Below, one piece after another: positions 30,189-41,000 of a stretch of DNA of 64,000 nucleotides (position 1 is its first letter; every line of letters begins with the position of its first letter). Both the position numbers and the translations under genes were made by a program. Below the pieces are notes generated by a model. It did no database searches and was not told the origin of the DNA. It saw only the letters and a program-made list of their open reading frames with translations. The stretch is from Candidatus Eiseniibacteriota bacterium (GTDB taxonomy: Bacteria; Eisenbacteria; RBG-16-71-46; CAIMUX01; VGJL01), in contig JBHGAY010000018.1 in NCBI GenBank assembly GCA_041946735.1, forward strand, positions 53,337 to 117,336, in the 5' to 3' direction.

Positions 30189-32495
30189 CTACGGCGCCTG
30201 CACCAGCGTGAAGCTCGAGAGCCGCCGGGCCGCGTTCCCGGCGCGATCCCGAGCGCGCATCTCCCACAGGTGCCTTCCCGGCTCGACCGGATTCTCGGGC
30301 CGCGCCGTGACCGTCCGGGACCAGGGGTTCCACGCCGACGGCAGCGGACGGCCGTCGAGCAGGATCGACAGATCCTTCGCGCGCAGCCCCGAGCCCTCTT
30401 CCCTCACTCGGACCTGCAGGGTCGGGACCGTCGCCACTCGCTCCCCGGGCGCCGGCACCAGAGCGTAGATCCAAGGCTCCGTCCGATCTTCCAGAAGGAT
30501 CCATTCCTCGAGTCGATCGACGACGGCCACGACGGCGCTACCTGTCCAGACGCCGCCGCGGCAGATCCAGGGACTTCCCGGATCCCTCCTCCCGTAAATC
30601 GCGAGCCGCGCCGCCTCCTCTCCGGTGTCGGGCGGCGTCCGGGGGCGCAGCGTCACCCGGAAGAAGCCATCCAGTTCGAGATCGCCGGGCTCGAGGCGGT
30701 AGGAATCGCTCGCCACCCGGAGCACCTCGTCTTGCCCGGCCGAGGGACGCGGAACCTGCAGATCCTTCGGAGCGACGATCTCCTCGGGCCGCTCGGTCCT
30801 GGTCCATTCCAGCCACACGGGCGCGTAGAACGTAGCAGCCGGGATCTCGACGGTCAACGCGCCGTCCGGCGAGGTCCAGAGCATCTCGGACGATGGGGTG
30901 CCGAGGAGTAGCTGCGGGAGGTCCCAGGTCTGTTGTGACGCCTGGTCGAGAGAGAGGGAGAAGCGGGGCGAGCGTCCGGACGCGCCGCGCCGCGCCGGGA
31001 TCGCGAAGCGCCAGGACCGGTCCCCTTCCCCCGGCGGGACCTCGATCGGCTCGTGGACCGACCGGCGGCTGTCGACGATCCAGATCGCCTTGGGCATCTC
31101 GGACGGCAGGCAAGGGGGATCGACGGAGAGCTCGCACCAGCGCGGGCGTGCGCGCGCCCGAGGAGCCGCGGCCTCGCCTGCCGGGCACGGGAACGAGGCG
31201 TCGAGCCGCACCGCCGGCTCCCACGCCTCGATCCCCTGCTGCATCTGCATCCGCACGCGCACTCCCATCGGTCCCGACGGCTTCAGCGAGGCCACTTCTC
31301 CGAGGAACCATCCCTCGCCAAGGTGGCCGAGAAGGGAGCGCACCGGGAAGCGGCGTCCATCCTCGGTGAGATCGACCCAGACCCGAAAGGTCTCGGGATC
31401 GGTGGCGGGGCCGGTCGCGACGCGGACTCCGAGATCCCACGATCCGCCTCCCAGGGGGCGCGAGATCCATTCGACGACGCGGGGAGGTGCTTGCACGAGC
31501 AGGATCGTGTCGACGCTGTCGGCGTTGCCGGCGGCGTCGAGCACGGAGATCCGCAGCCGGTGCCGGCCGGGAGCGACGGAGGTGCCGCACAGCAAACTCC
31601 CTCGATCTCCCAGCGGAGGCTCGTAGAGCCGTTGCCGGAGCGTGTCGGGGAATTCCGGGTCGGGAGCGTCGGGCAGGATCTCGGCTCCGGCGATGCGGCG
31701 CCCGATGTCTCCCGCGTACTGCAGCCTCCCATCCACCGTCATTCGGAGCGCCCAGGGAGCGGCGCGCTCCGCGCCGGCCGGATCGTCCGCCTCGGTCTCG
31801 ATCCCGATCGGCCCCCACACGACCGACTCCGCGAGCGGCGCGTCGTTCTTGCGCTCGGCCGGCAAAGCGAGACGCAACGGGGCGAGGCGCCCTTGCACCC
31901 GGGATGCGGCAGCGAGCGGAACGATTCGGATCGCGCGGATACGCGGCGGCGACGGATCCGGAAGCGCGCAACCCTCGGTCAGAGGATTGCGCGGCGTGCC
32001 GTCCTTCCACACCTCGAGATGGAGGATCGGGCGCCCGGCCTCCGTCTCCCCCGTCCTGCCGATCCATTCGCCGCGGGAGACGGGGAAGCTGCCGCGCGCC
32101 GGCCTCCAGTCGAGCTCGTAGGAGCCGGCCGCGCGCTGGCGCCGGTCGCAGGAGTCCTCGATCGCAGGCGGGAACGAGGAGAGATGGGCGTAGACGACCT
32201 CGCGCCCGTCGGCGAGCCGGAGATGAAGGCAGCGCCCGTAGCCGCCGCCGCTCACCCGCACGCGAACGATCTCGCCGTCGGCGGCGGCGGCGATCGGCTG
32301 CGCTGCGCCGAGCGTCGGCAGGTCGATCCCCGGATGCACCACCCCCGGCGCCAACTCGCCGTAGGTGGCGACCGGCGCGAGGCTGCGCGGCAGAGGGGGA
32401 AGCAGATCGCTCGGGCGGGCGAAGGCGGCCACCGAAAGCCAGGGAATCGAGCAGAGGACCGCAGTCGCAGGGACGATCGGCAGCCCTGCGCTCAC
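30189..32495 (-). CDS. M23/LytM-domain protein with long C-terminal Ig-like region
   Basis: HPGIDL, GYGRCL, YAHLS, GRTGETE..PILHLEV; start approximate (GTG). Confidence 0.75.
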   Translation of the reverse strand: MSAGLPIVPATAVLCSIPWLSVAAFARPSDLLPPLPRSLAPVATYGELAPGVVHPGIDLPTLGAAQPIAAAADGEIVRVRVSGGGYGRCLHLRLADGREVVYAHLSSFPPAIEDSCDRRQRAAGSYELDWRPARGSFPVSRGEWIGRTGETEAGRPILHLEVWKDGTPRNPLTEGCALPDPSPPRIRAIRIVPLAAASRVQGRLAPLRLALPAERKNDAPLAESVVWGPIGIETEADDPAGAERAAPWALRMTVDGRLQYAGDIGRRIAGAEILPDAPDPEFPDTLRQRLYEPPLGDRGSLLCGTSVAPGRHRLRISVLDAAGNADSVDTILLVQAPPRVVEWISRPLGGGSWDLGVRVATGPATDPETFRVWVDLTEDGRRFPVRSLLGHLGEGWFLGEVASLKPSGPMGVRVRMQMQQGIEAWEPAVRLDASFPCPAGEAAAPRARARPRWCELSVDPPCLPSEMPKAIWIVDSRRSVHEPIEVPPGEGDRSWRFAIPARRGASGRSPRFSLSLDQASQQTWDLPQLLLGTPSSEMLWTSPDGALTVEIPAATFYAPVWLEWTRTERPEEIVAPKDLQVPRPSAGQDEVLRVASDSYRLEPGDLELDGFFRVTLRPRTPPDTGEEAARLAIYGRRDPGSPWICRGGVWTGSAVVAVVDRLEEWILLEDRTEPWIYALVPAPGERVATVPTLQVRVREEGSGLRAKDLSILLDGRPLPSAWNPWSRTVTARPENPVEPGRHLWEMRARDRAGNAARRLSSFTLVQAP

Positions 32496-32756
32496 CTTCC
32501 GCGTCCGGCGCCATTGCCGATTGCAGATCCGGCGCGCGGAAGATGCATCTTGCGAGGCGCGCGCGAGCGCCTGCCGCGGGGAGCGTTCCACACCGGCCGG
32601 ACATTCGAGCCGGAACCGGCGCCGCGCGCCGTCCGCAGCGGACCGCGACCCATCCCGCATCTTCCCACCTGGATGCGCGATCCCTCCTCGTGCGGATCGA
32701 TCCTCAGCCCTCGAGGGCGGCCTGCCGATACCTTGGGCGATTTCCCCACCGGCATT

Positions 32757-32772
32757 CGGCACGCGGATTGCA
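32757..32772 (+). promoter_or_regulatory. Sigma54 (-24/-12) promoter for the lipoprotein gene
   Basis: CGGCACGCGGATTGCA, near-consensus, GG-N10-GC. Confidence 0.72.
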
Positions 32773-32855
32773 CCTCGGGACCGCACCAGGGCGGATCGAA
32801 CGAGCGGGGCAAGGCCCCCCGCGAACCGCCGACCGAGTGGAAGGAGGACCCAGGC

Positions 32856-33392
32856 ATGTGCGTTCGTCGTGACCGACCTAGCTGGCAGCGGTACGTTCCA
32901 GCCGCCGCTGTTCTCGTTCTGTCCCTCGTCGCCGGCTGCGGCATCGACCGCATCCCTTCGAATCCCGCCGGACCGATCGACGAGGCTCCGCCGCTCGTCC
33001 CGACCGGCTTCCAGGTCACGGCGACGAGCGACAACAAGTTCGTCCTCTCGTGGCTCGACAACACAGAAGCGGATCTCGCCGGCTATCGCGTATACCGATA
33101 CGACCCGCGAACCGAGATGGTCAGCTCGTTGACTCCCCATGCTCCTCTCACCACCCCGTCGATCACGGTCGCGGGGACCTACGGGGAGACATACTACTTC
33201 CGCTTCTCCGCCGTCGATGCAAGCAATAACGAGAGCGCGCTCAGCCCCTCGTTCCAGTACCTGTTCGACGCGACGCGCCAGCAGGCTTCGGTCCCGGGAT
33301 CGGGAGGGGACGGCCCGCGCTTCCCGGAGGAGCCGAGTCCGGATCACGACGATCTGCCGGCGAGCGACGGCCGCATCCATAGAGAGCTGTAG
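32856..33392 (+). CDS. Lipoprotein with fibronectin type III-like domain
   Basis: SD AAGGAGG; lipobox LVAGC; PTGFQV..LSWLDNTEADLAGYRVYR...YYFRFSAVDASNNESALS. Confidence 0.8.
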   Translation: MCVRRDRPSWQRYVPAAAVLVLSLVAGCGIDRIPSNPAGPIDEAPPLVPTGFQVTATSDNKFVLSWLDNTEADLAGYRVYRYDPRTEMVSSLTPHAPLTTPSITVAGTYGETYYFRFSAVDASNNESALSPSFQYLFDATRQQASVPGSGGDGPRFPEEPSPDHDDLPASDGRIHREL

Positions 33393-33589
33393 CAAGAGAG
33401 TCGCAGCACCCAGCAAAAGGAAGGGTCCGCCGATCCTGCCTCCTCCTGGTGTTCGTGGAGCGGGGGCGTGCCGCGAGGGGTTCCGCGGCCACCCCCGCTC
33501 GATCGTTGCTCGCGCATTCCTCGATCGCGGTTCGCGGAGCCGCTCCTGGATCGCGAAAGTCTCGGGCGCGCCCCGAACGCGCCGCGCGC

Positions 33590-33618
33590 TTGACCGCCGC
33601 CGGCCGCCGACCTAGATT
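33590..33618 (+). promoter_or_regulatory. Sigma70 promoter, probably giving a leaderless pyrE mRNA
   Basis: TTGACC-N17-TAGATT, 7 nt before the ATG, no SD. Confidence 0.65.
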
Positions 33619-33625
33619 GCCCGCC

Positions 33626-34207
33626 ATGGAAACGAACCGTTCGACCGAGGCGAGCCGCTCCGGCCTCCTGGATCAGATCCTGAAGCTCTCCTTTCAGAGG
33701 GGTCGCTTCACGCTCTCGAGCGGAGCGATCAGCGACTACTACCTCGACCTGCGCCGTACGACGCTCGATCCTCATGGCCTTCGCGCCGCGGTCGAAGCGC
33801 TCTGGCCGGTGATCGAGGAGGAAGCGATCACGGCCGTCGGCGGCCCGACCCTCGGAGCCGATCCGATCGTCGCAGGGCTCATCCTCGAATCGCGGACTCG
33901 AGGCGGGCACCTGCAGGGCTTCCTCGTCCGCCCTGCGGTGAAGGATCACGGCACCGGGCGCCAGATCGAAGGCCACTGTCCCGCCGGCGCGCGGGTCGCC
34001 GTCCTGGACGATGTCGTCACGCGTGGCGGATCGATCCTGCGCGCGGTCGACGCCGCGCGGAGCGCCGGGGCCGAGGTCGCGCTCGCTCTGGCTCTCGTCG
34101 ACAGGGAAGAAGGAGGCCGCCAGGCGCTCGAGCAGGAAGGGATCCGCCTCTTCGCGCCGCTACGCGTCGCGCAGGTGCTCGAGGAAGCGGCCCGGCGCGG
34201 GCTCTGA
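33626..34207 (+). CDS. pyrE: Orotate phosphoribosyltransferase
   Basis: FTLSSG..SDYYLD, GPTLGADP, KDHGT, LDDVVTRGGS, LVDREEGG. Confidence 0.95.
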   Translation: METNRSTEASRSGLLDQILKLSFQRGRFTLSSGAISDYYLDLRRTTLDPHGLRAAVEALWPVIEEEAITAVGGPTLGADPIVAGLILESRTRGGHLQGFLVRPAVKDHGTGRQIEGHCPAGARVAVLDDVVTRGGSILRAVDAARSAGAEVALALALVDREEGGRQALEQEGIRLFAPLRVAQVLEEAARRGL

Positions 34208-34209
34208 CG

Positions 34210-34680
34210 ATGCGCGTCGTCTGCCCGCATTGCGGCCGGGCGATCGATCGGCTTCCGGTCGTGCCGTCGACCGTCGACGCGATCCTCGAACTGGAGCCGG
34301 GCAAGGTCGTGCTGATCGAGAGGCGTTTCGAGCCGCTCGGCTGGGCGCTTCCCGGCGGGTTCGTCGATCCGGACGAGTCGCTCGAGAGCGCGTGCCGCCG
34401 GGAGGTGCGCGAGGAGACGTCTCTCGAGGTCGTTTCCCTGCAGCAGATGCACACCTACTCCGAGCCGGGACGCGACCCGCGCCGCCACACGATCTCCACC
34501 GTCTTCGTCGCGCAGGCGACCGGCAAGCTCGAGGCCGGCGACGACGCGGGCGGCGCCGCGCTCTTCTCCCTCGATTCGCTCCCCCGCCCGATCTGCTTCG
34601 ATCATGAGCAGATCCTCGAGGACTTCCGAACGGGCCGCTGGGGGATCGCGCCACGCGGCAGGCCTTCCCGCAGCCCCTAG
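34210..34680 (+). CDS. NUDIX hydrolase
   Basis: WALPGGFVDPDESLESACRREVREET Nudix box, RDPR, AGDDA, FDH. Confidence 0.92.
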   Translation: MRVVCPHCGRAIDRLPVVPSTVDAILELEPGKVVLIERRFEPLGWALPGGFVDPDESLESACRREVREETSLEVVSLQQMHTYSEPGRDPRRHTISTVFVAQATGKLEAGDDAGGAALFSLDSLPRPICFDHEQILEDFRTGRWGIAPRGRPSRSP

Positions 34681-34816
34681 CTTCCCCCGACCCGATTCTG
34701 CGGTTATGATCCAGCGCGAGGACGGTCGGCAGCCGGGACGGCCTCCCCCACACGATCCGATCGGGGTTGGATGGCGTCTCCCTCGGGGAGAAGAGCGGAG
34801 GCGCGCGGGAGGAACG

Positions 34817-37800
34817 ATGAACGTGCTGCTCCGCACCGCTGCCGCGATGGCTGCCGCATTGGCGGCCCTTCTCACCTCCGCATACGCCGCCGCCTGCGCC
34901 GCCGTCTGCGTTGCCATCGACGCTGCCACCGACGCTGCCGTCCGCGCCGCCGCCTCCGCGGGAGTCTTTGCCGTCTTCCTCGCAGCGTCTTTCTCCGCTC
35001 CCGCTCTGGCAGACGCTCCCCCCGAACAGCTGCTCCACGACGAGATCGACGGCCAGGAGTACCAGACAGCCGTGACCGCGGCCACGCATCCGGACGGGTC
35101 GTGGACGACCGTCTGGGTGGACTACCGCTCCGGCTACCCCGCGCTCTTCTCGCGCATCTTCGAGGCGAACGGATCGGCGCGCGGCGATGGGAACCGTCTC
35201 ACGGACGGACGTTCCCTCTTCCAGCTCGATCTCAACGCCGCGCAGGTCGGCGAGCCGTCGATCGTGAGCCTCGGCGACGGTCGTTCCCTGCTCGTTTGGG
35301 ACGACGAGCGCGACGACCGCGACCGCATCCGCGCCGCTCTCCTCGACACCGAGGGAAGGGTGACGGCGACGCGCACCGTCTCGAGCGATTCCCGCCCTGA
35401 CTCGCGCTCCCGGCCGCAGGTCGCGATCTCGGGCGATCGAGCCCTCGTCGTGTGGCGGGAGGGAGAAGCGTCCTTCTCACGCGTCTGGGGGCAGCTGATC
35501 GCGCTCGACCTCGACCTCATCCTCCCGGGGAACTTCCGCATCGACCCGGAGCAGGACGTGCGGCAGGCCGATCCCCGCGTGATCCCCTCGCAAGACGGTT
35601 GGATCGTCGCGTGGGTGGAAGGCGACGCGGAGGCTCGCGTGCGCCTCCAGCGGCTCGATTCGATCGGCACGGCGCAGGGGGATCCGGCGGGCGTCGAGGA
35701 GCAGCCGGGCTGGTCGCAGGGGCAGCCGGCCGTGCTTGCGGTCGACGACGGCGCCTTCGTCGTCTGGACCTCGTCGAACGAAGGTCAGGTGGACCTCCGC
35801 GCCGTGACGCTCGACGAGAATCTGCAGCCGCTCTCCCCCGCATTCGCCGTGATCTCGCTCGGAGCGACCGTGACGCCGAGCGATCCCGCCGCCGGACGCC
35901 TCGATGCGACGACGCTGCTCGTCCTGTGGACGGGAGGGCCGGCCAGCCACTCGCGCTTCTACGAGCGGCGCGTCGAGCTTCCCGGCTCCCCTGAGGGCGA
36001 CTTCGCGATCGTCGACGATCCGGAGAATCCGCCGGGCGACGTGCTGATCCCGCACAGCCTCGGCACGGCGGGCGGCGGGGATCTCCCGCTGCGTCTCTCC
36101 TGGTCGGACGACCGCGACGGATGGCAGTCGGTCTTCCAGGTGGAGGTAGGAGAGGACGGCTCTCCCCAGGCCGATCCCGAGCGGATCGAGCCGGTGGAGG
36201 GGTCGGCGAGTCAGGTGCTCCCCTCGGTCGACCTCTTCGCCGACGGGCGCGCCTTCGCCGTATGGGAGGACTTCCGCTCCGGCGCGCTCTCGATCTACGG
36301 TCGCTATCTCGACGACCAGGGACGGCCCGCCGGAGCCGCCGCGTTCCGCATCAGCGAAGGGACCGGCGGCTCCGTGAGCGCGCCGTCGGAGAACCTCCGC
36401 GATCTTCTGCGCAACCGGCCCTCCGTCGGCGCGCTCGCCGACGGCCGCGCGGTCGTCGCGTGGACGGCGATTCTGCCCGGCGGAAGGCCGAGCGTCGCGC
36501 TGCAGAACTTCGAAGCTTCGGGCGAACCGCTCGGGAACAACAGCGGGTTGCCGGAGGTGCCGGAGGCGCGGCAGTCCGACCCGCGAATCCTGCCGCTGCC
36601 GAACGGCCAGTACATGATCGTCTGGCGCGACACCTCCTTCGAGACGGCCGGCGACATCGTCGGGCAGATCTTCGACAGCGACGGGACGCCGGCCGCCGGG
36701 GAGGACACGATCCAGATCGTGCCCGCGCGCTACCGCGGAGCCTCGCAGTACGGCCCGGCGGTCGCCTCGGCGGACGCGGGCGAAGTCCTGGTCGCCTGGC
36801 TCGACGACCGCGCGCTGCTCGGCAACTACGACGTCTACGCGCAGCGGTTCAACCAGTCGGGACAGAAGATCGAGTCGAATTTGCGGATCACCCCGCCTGA
36901 GGGCACCCGGCCCATCGTCCAGGCGAACGTGACCGCCGGAGCGTCGGCCGATCGCTACGTCGTGGCGTGGGACGAGGACCCGCTCGGGACCGGCACGATC
37001 GCCGGCAAGCTGGTCGTCCTGCCGACGCTGAAGAACGGCGCCGGCGACAGCGGCGGCCGCGGCGGCGACGCCAGCAGCAGCAGCGGTAGCGGCAGCGCCA
37101 CCGGCGGGCAGGCGATGGCGGACGAGTATCCGTTCCTGATCGGCAACGGGCAGCCCGGCTACAAGTACCCGAGCGTCGCGATGGAGCCGGGCGGGCGCTT
37201 CGTCGTCCTCTACTGGGACACGTCGGCCGATTCGGTGCGCGCGATGGCGCAGCGCTTCGACGAGCAGGCGAGGCCGATCGGCGAGCCGTACGCGGTCGCC
37301 GCGCCCGGCGGGGCGATCGCCTCGATTCCCGGCGCCGTCGCCGCGGACGACGCGCAGATCCAGTTCGTGACGTTCGACTCGCGTCGCGATCGAGGCTGGG
37401 ACGTGCGCGCGCGGCGGGTCGACTGGAGCTTCGCCGGCGACGTGACGGCGATCCAGATCGCCGGCGCTTCGCTGCTCGCGCGGGAAGACGGGCTCGCGCT
37501 CTCCTGGTCGGTCCCGATCGATCGGGCCGGGGCCGCCTTCCGTGTCTGGCGCCAGGCCGATCCGGCCGGCGAGCCGGGGCCGGCGCCGGGCGACGGCGCG
37601 TGGCTCCTCGAGGAGGCGTGGCTTCGACCGTCCTCTCCCGGAGGCGCCGACTACTTCTTCCTCGATGCCGAAGCGCGCCCGGGCATGCGCTACGCGTACT
37701 GGATCGAGGACGAAGAAGGCTCGTTCGCCGGACCGTGGATCGGCGAGCGCCCGGGCGGCGCCGCCGCTTCGCTCGCTCTACGCTCCGCGTCGCGCAATCC

Positions 37801-38050
37801 GTTCCGCGACGCGGTGCGCCTCTCCTGGTCGGCTCCCGCCGGCAGGGGTCTCCGCCTCTCGATCGTCGACGCGGGTGGCCGCCGCGTGCGCCAGCTCCTC
37901 GATCGCGGCGGCCTGGCCGGCGCGGCCGGCTACGCCGTGTGGGATGGAAGGGACGATCGCGGTCACGCAGTCCCGGCGGGGACGTACTGGGCGCGTCTCG
38001 AGGCGGATCGCGGCGAGGAGCGGATCGTCCGGATCACTCGAATCCGGTAG
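34817..38050 (+). CDS. Large secreted repeat (beta-propeller-like) protein with FlgD-like C-terminal domain
   Basis: SD GGGAGG; long Ala-rich signal region; recurring P-x-V...VW-x-D-x-R...IY units; CTD NPFRD...WDGRDDRG...GTYW. Confidence 0.75.
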   Translation: MNVLLRTAAAMAAALAALLTSAYAAACAAVCVAIDAATDAAVRAAASAGVFAVFLAASFSAPALADAPPEQLLHDEIDGQEYQTAVTAATHPDGSWTTVWVDYRSGYPALFSRIFEANGSARGDGNRLTDGRSLFQLDLNAAQVGEPSIVSLGDGRSLLVWDDERDDRDRIRAALLDTEGRVTATRTVSSDSRPDSRSRPQVAISGDRALVVWREGEASFSRVWGQLIALDLDLILPGNFRIDPEQDVRQADPRVIPSQDGWIVAWVEGDAEARVRLQRLDSIGTAQGDPAGVEEQPGWSQGQPAVLAVDDGAFVVWTSSNEGQVDLRAVTLDENLQPLSPAFAVISLGATVTPSDPAAGRLDATTLLVLWTGGPASHSRFYERRVELPGSPEGDFAIVDDPENPPGDVLIPHSLGTAGGGDLPLRLSWSDDRDGWQSVFQVEVGEDGSPQADPERIEPVEGSASQVLPSVDLFADGRAFAVWEDFRSGALSIYGRYLDDQGRPAGAAAFRISEGTGGSVSAPSENLRDLLRNRPSVGALADGRAVVAWTAILPGGRPSVALQNFEASGEPLGNNSGLPEVPEARQSDPRILPLPNGQYMIVWRDTSFETAGDIVGQIFDSDGTPAAGEDTIQIVPARYRGASQYGPAVASADAGEVLVAWLDDRALLGNYDVYAQRFNQSGQKIESNLRITPPEGTRPIVQANVTAGASADRYVVAWDEDPLGTGTIAGKLVVLPTLKNGAGDSGGRGGDASSSSGSGSATGGQAMADEYPFLIGNGQPGYKYPSVAMEPGGRFVVLYWDTSADSVRAMAQRFDEQARPIGEPYAVAAPGGAIASIPGAVAADDAQIQFVTFDSRRDRGWDVRARRVDWSFAGDVTAIQIAGASLLAREDGLALSWSVPIDRAGAAFRVWRQADPAGEPGPAPGDGAWLLEEAWLRPSSPGGADYFFLDAEARPGMRYAYWIEDEEGSFAGPWIGERPGGAAASLALRSASRNPFRDAVRLSWSAPAGRGLRLSIVDAGGRRVRQLLDRGGLAGAAGYAVWDGRDDRGHAVPAGTYWARLEADRGEERIVRITRIR

Positions 38051-41000
38051 GGGCGCGAGGGGAGCCGAGCGGACCGATCGACTCCGGCAACGGATCGGCC
38101 ACCGCGACTCGATCGAGCCGCTCGACCTCGAGCGACGGCGCGCCGTAGGCGCTCTCGACCCTTCCGCTCGCGAGCAGCAGAGCGCCACCGCGCACGCGGT
38201 CGCCGTAGCGCGCGTAGACCGGCGGGAAGAGGACGCATTCGGCGAGGCCGGTGTCATCCTCGAGCGTGAGGAAGAGCATCGGCTCCCCCTTCTTCGTCAG
38301 CAGGCGTCGCGCCGCCGAGGCGATGCCGAGAACGCGCGCCGTCCCCTCGTCGGGCAGGAGCGCGGCGGGCGTTGCCGACGGCAGCCTCCCCTGCTTCCGC
38401 AGGACGGCCACCGGATGCGCCGTGATCGCGAGCTCGAGCGTTTCCAGCTCATGACGCACGCGCCGCGCCTCGTCGAACTCGTGCCACGGCCCGCCCTGCG
38501 CTGCGCCGCCGGCGGCGGCGCGCGGTTGCGCGAGGCCGAGGCGGGCGGACCCGTTGCCGCGCGGCGTATGGCCGCTGCGCGCGAAGCACTCGAGCCTCCA
38601 CAGCCGGGCGGGACGGGGTCCCGGCCCGACGCCGTCCAGAGCCCCGCAGAGGACGAGCGAGGCGGTCTCCGCGAGGCTCGCTCCGGTGCGCGCGAGGAAG
38701 TCCTCGAGATCCTCGAACGGCCCCTCCTCGCGGCAGCGGAGGATCGCGTCGAGCGTCCGCCGGGTCAGCCGCTTCACTTGCGCGAGACCGCAGCGGAGGC
38801 GGGAGCCGTCCTCCCACGACCAGCCTGCCTCGGAGCGATGCACGCACGGCGGCGCGATCGCGAGGCCGTGGCGCCGCGCGTCCTCGAGATGGACGCGGAG
38901 CGGGTACATCCCCGCCTGATTGTTCAGGAGCGCCGCCCAGAAGGGGCCGGGATGGTGCGCCTTCAACCAGCTCGTCTGCCACGCGAGAACGCCGTAGCCG
39001 GAGGCGTGCGCCTTGCAGAACGCGTAGGAGCCGAACCGCTCCATCTCCTCCCACACGGCGCGCGCCACGTCGGGGGCGATGCCGTTTCGGATCGCGCAGG
39101 TGAGGAAGCGGTTCTCCAGCTCGCGCATCGGCCTGCCTTTCCACGGATCCTCGCCGTCGCGCCCCGGATCGGGCACGCGCGGGTACGGGCGCTCGCCGAG
39201 GGACGGGTCGGCCGAGACGGCGGCGGCCGAAGCGATCGCGCGCCGCAGGAGGTCGCCGAGCGCGCGATCGAAGCCGCCGATCACGCTCGCGACGCACAGG
39301 ACGTCCTCCTCGAACAGCAGGATGCCGTAGGTCGAGGAGAGGATCGGCTCGAGCGAGGGATGCAGATAGGTGGCCGGCTCGAGGCCGCGCGCGCGGCGCA
39401 CAAACCGCTCCTTCATCCCGGAGCTGGACGGTCCGGGACGGATCAGCGAAAGCGCGGCGATCGTTCCCTCGAGATCGCGCGTGCGGAGCTGCTTCAAGGC
39501 GTTGCGCATCCCCGGCGACTCGATCTGGAAGCAACCGAGCGCGTCCCCCGCCTCGAGCATCCGCCCGGTCGCCTCGTCCTCACCGGGCAGCGCGTCGAGG
39601 TCGGGCGGCTCTCCCCCGCTCGCGCGGATCCGCTCGCGCGTCTCGCCGATCGTCGTCAGCGAGCGGTTGCCAAGCAGATCGATCTTGACGAGACCGACCG
39701 CCTCCACGGCATCCATCTCGTACTGCGTGACCACGATCCCCTTCGTCGCCTGCTCGAGAGGCACCCACGTGTCGAGAGGACCGGGACCGATCACGATCCC
39801 GCCCGGATGGATGCCGAGCGTGTGCGGAAGGCCGAGGATCCGGCCGGCCGCGGCGACGGCGCCCGCGAGGGGAGGCGCGTCGAGATCGAGGCGCCGGCCG
39901 AGGGGGGTCGAACGGATGGCCTCGGCGATCGGTCCGTCGGCGAAGGAGGGGATCGCGCGCGCGAGACGATCGATCTGCGCGCTGGTGATGCCGAGCGCCT
40001 TCGCCGCCTCGCGGAACGCGCCGCGCGCCCGGTAGAACGCGTGGGTGGAGATCATCGCCACCCGGTCGGCGCCGTAGGTCTCGTACACGTGCCGGATCAC
40101 CTCGTCGCGCCGCCTCCAGCAGAGATCGATGTCGAGATCCGGGAGATCGCGGCGCAGCCGGTGGAGGAAGCGCTCGAACGTGAGGCGGTAGCGGATCGGA
40201 TCGACGTTCGTGATCCCGAGGAGATAGGAGACGAGCGAGCTCGCGCCGCTGCCGCGGCCGACCATCGGAATCGCGCGGGCGCGCGCCACCGCGACGATCT
40301 CCCCCACGACGACGAAGTAGTCGGTGAAGCCGAGCGTGTCGATCTGCTCGAGCTCCCAGGCGAGGCGCTGGACGATCTCGCGCGTCACGGCCCGGTAGCG
40401 GCGCCGCAGCCCGTCCTGCGCCATGCGATGGAGGCGGTCGTACGCGGTCTCCCCTTCCGGGAGCGGCAGCTTCGGGAAGAGGCTTCCGGGACGGGCGAGG
40501 TCGGCCGCCGAGAAGCGGCACGAGAGCGCGAGGTCGCGCGCGGCCGCGAGCAGCCACGGATCGTCATGGAAGAGGTCGAAGACCTCGCCCGGATCGGCGA
40601 GATAGCTCGACGGCGGCGCGAGCGCCGCGTCGGGGAGGCGGGAGACGAGATCCAGCTCGCGAATCGCGGCGAGGACGCGATGCGCCTCGGCTTCCTCCGG
40701 AGCCGCCATGTAGACGTCGACGGAGCCCAGGAGCGGGATGGAGCGGCGTCTCGCCTCCTCTCGCAGGCGCGCCTCCGCCTCGCGGTCCGGCGAGGGACGG
40801 ACGATCAGCGCGTGCAGCGCGCCGCGCGGGAGCCGCCCGCCGAGCGAGGCGAGCTGCTCCGGCTCGCGCGCGAGGACGGCGATCCCCTCGCAATCGTGGG
40901 CGACGGACTCGATGAGGTCGAACTCGGGCGCGAGCGCGCGCGCCGTCAGGATGCGGCAGACGGACGCATAGCCCGCCGGCTCGCGGACGAGCAGAACGAG

